From the NCBI RefSeq assembly GCF_963921235.1, contig NC_086100.1, positions 199,828,001 through 199,892,000 of the forward strand: DNA of 64,000 nt, read 5' to 3'. A program made the translations under genes and the position numbers. Position 1 is the stretch's first letter, and each line of letters begins with the position of its first letter. This document shows positions 63,685 through 64,000 of this stretch, in pieces. Under the pieces are notes generated by a model. It had not been told where the DNA came from and made no database searches. It was given only the letters and a program-made list of their open reading frames with translations. Source of the stretch: Mobula hypostoma (lineage: Eukaryota).

Positions 63685-64000
63685 AAAGCTGCATCATTAC
63701 CTCGTGACTCTTAAACTCTATCCCTTCACTTATGAAAGCTAACATTCCATAAGCTTTCTTAACTACCCTGTCTACCTGTGAGGCCACTTTCAGGGATCTG
63801 TGGACATGTATCCCCAGATCCCTCTGCTCCTCCATGGAGCAAAGTGGTCAGTACCCGATGTAAATAATAAACTGAAGAGATTCTGAAGGTAACACACACA
63901 AGATACTGGAGGAACTCAGCAGGCCAGGCAGCACCTATGGGGAAAAGGTATAACCAAAAGTTTCAGACCAAGAAATCACTCATCTTTTTTTCCCCCCAAG
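63685..64000. mobile_element. Short CR1 fragment (minus, about 63685-63835) and degenerate PLE pLTR (about 63890-63985)
   Basis: EEQRDLGIHVHRSLKV; ctggaggaactcagcaggccaggcagca. Confidence 0.7.

Noticed and set aside
62048..63835. 595-aa ORF as a novel gene
   Set aside because: Chance in-frame fusion of an old CR1 fragment, low-complexity PLE sequence and a young CR1 RT.

Overview
Eukaryotic, almost entirely repeat-derived DNA. The mix of elements (CR1 LINEs with SGNH-esterase ORF1, Rex1/Babar, RTE, fish-type L1, Penelope-like elements) suggests a cartilaginous fish, probably a ray; this is an inference. There are no prokaryotic genes, CRISPR arrays, tRNAs or rRNAs. Main contents: (1) deeply nested CR1 copies of several ages; (2) a full-length young L1 (20552-26298) with a 12-bp TSD, intact ORF1 and an ORF2 broken only by one extra T in a homopolymer; (3) two different endogenous retroviruses: a degraded epsilon/class-I-like provirus (about 1961-6960, minus) and a divergent tether+RNaseH retrovirus with a WDTG protease, a foamy-like integrase motif, a coiled-coil/CCHC Gag and a tRNA-Asn-like PBS (pieces at 26299-29440, 37165-38565 and 17978-18447), possibly lokiretrovirus-like; (4) many small Penelope pLTR insertions with long TSDs, some carrying minimal hammerhead ribozymes; (5) a 34-bp minisatellite in which each unit reads as a perfect RAG heptamer + 12-nt spacer + degenerate nonamer; (6) one isolated 77-nt host exon resembling an ADAM metalloprotease prodomain exon, which suggests the window is largely intronic. 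Boundaries were read by eye and are approximate unless a TSD is quoted. No database searches were run.
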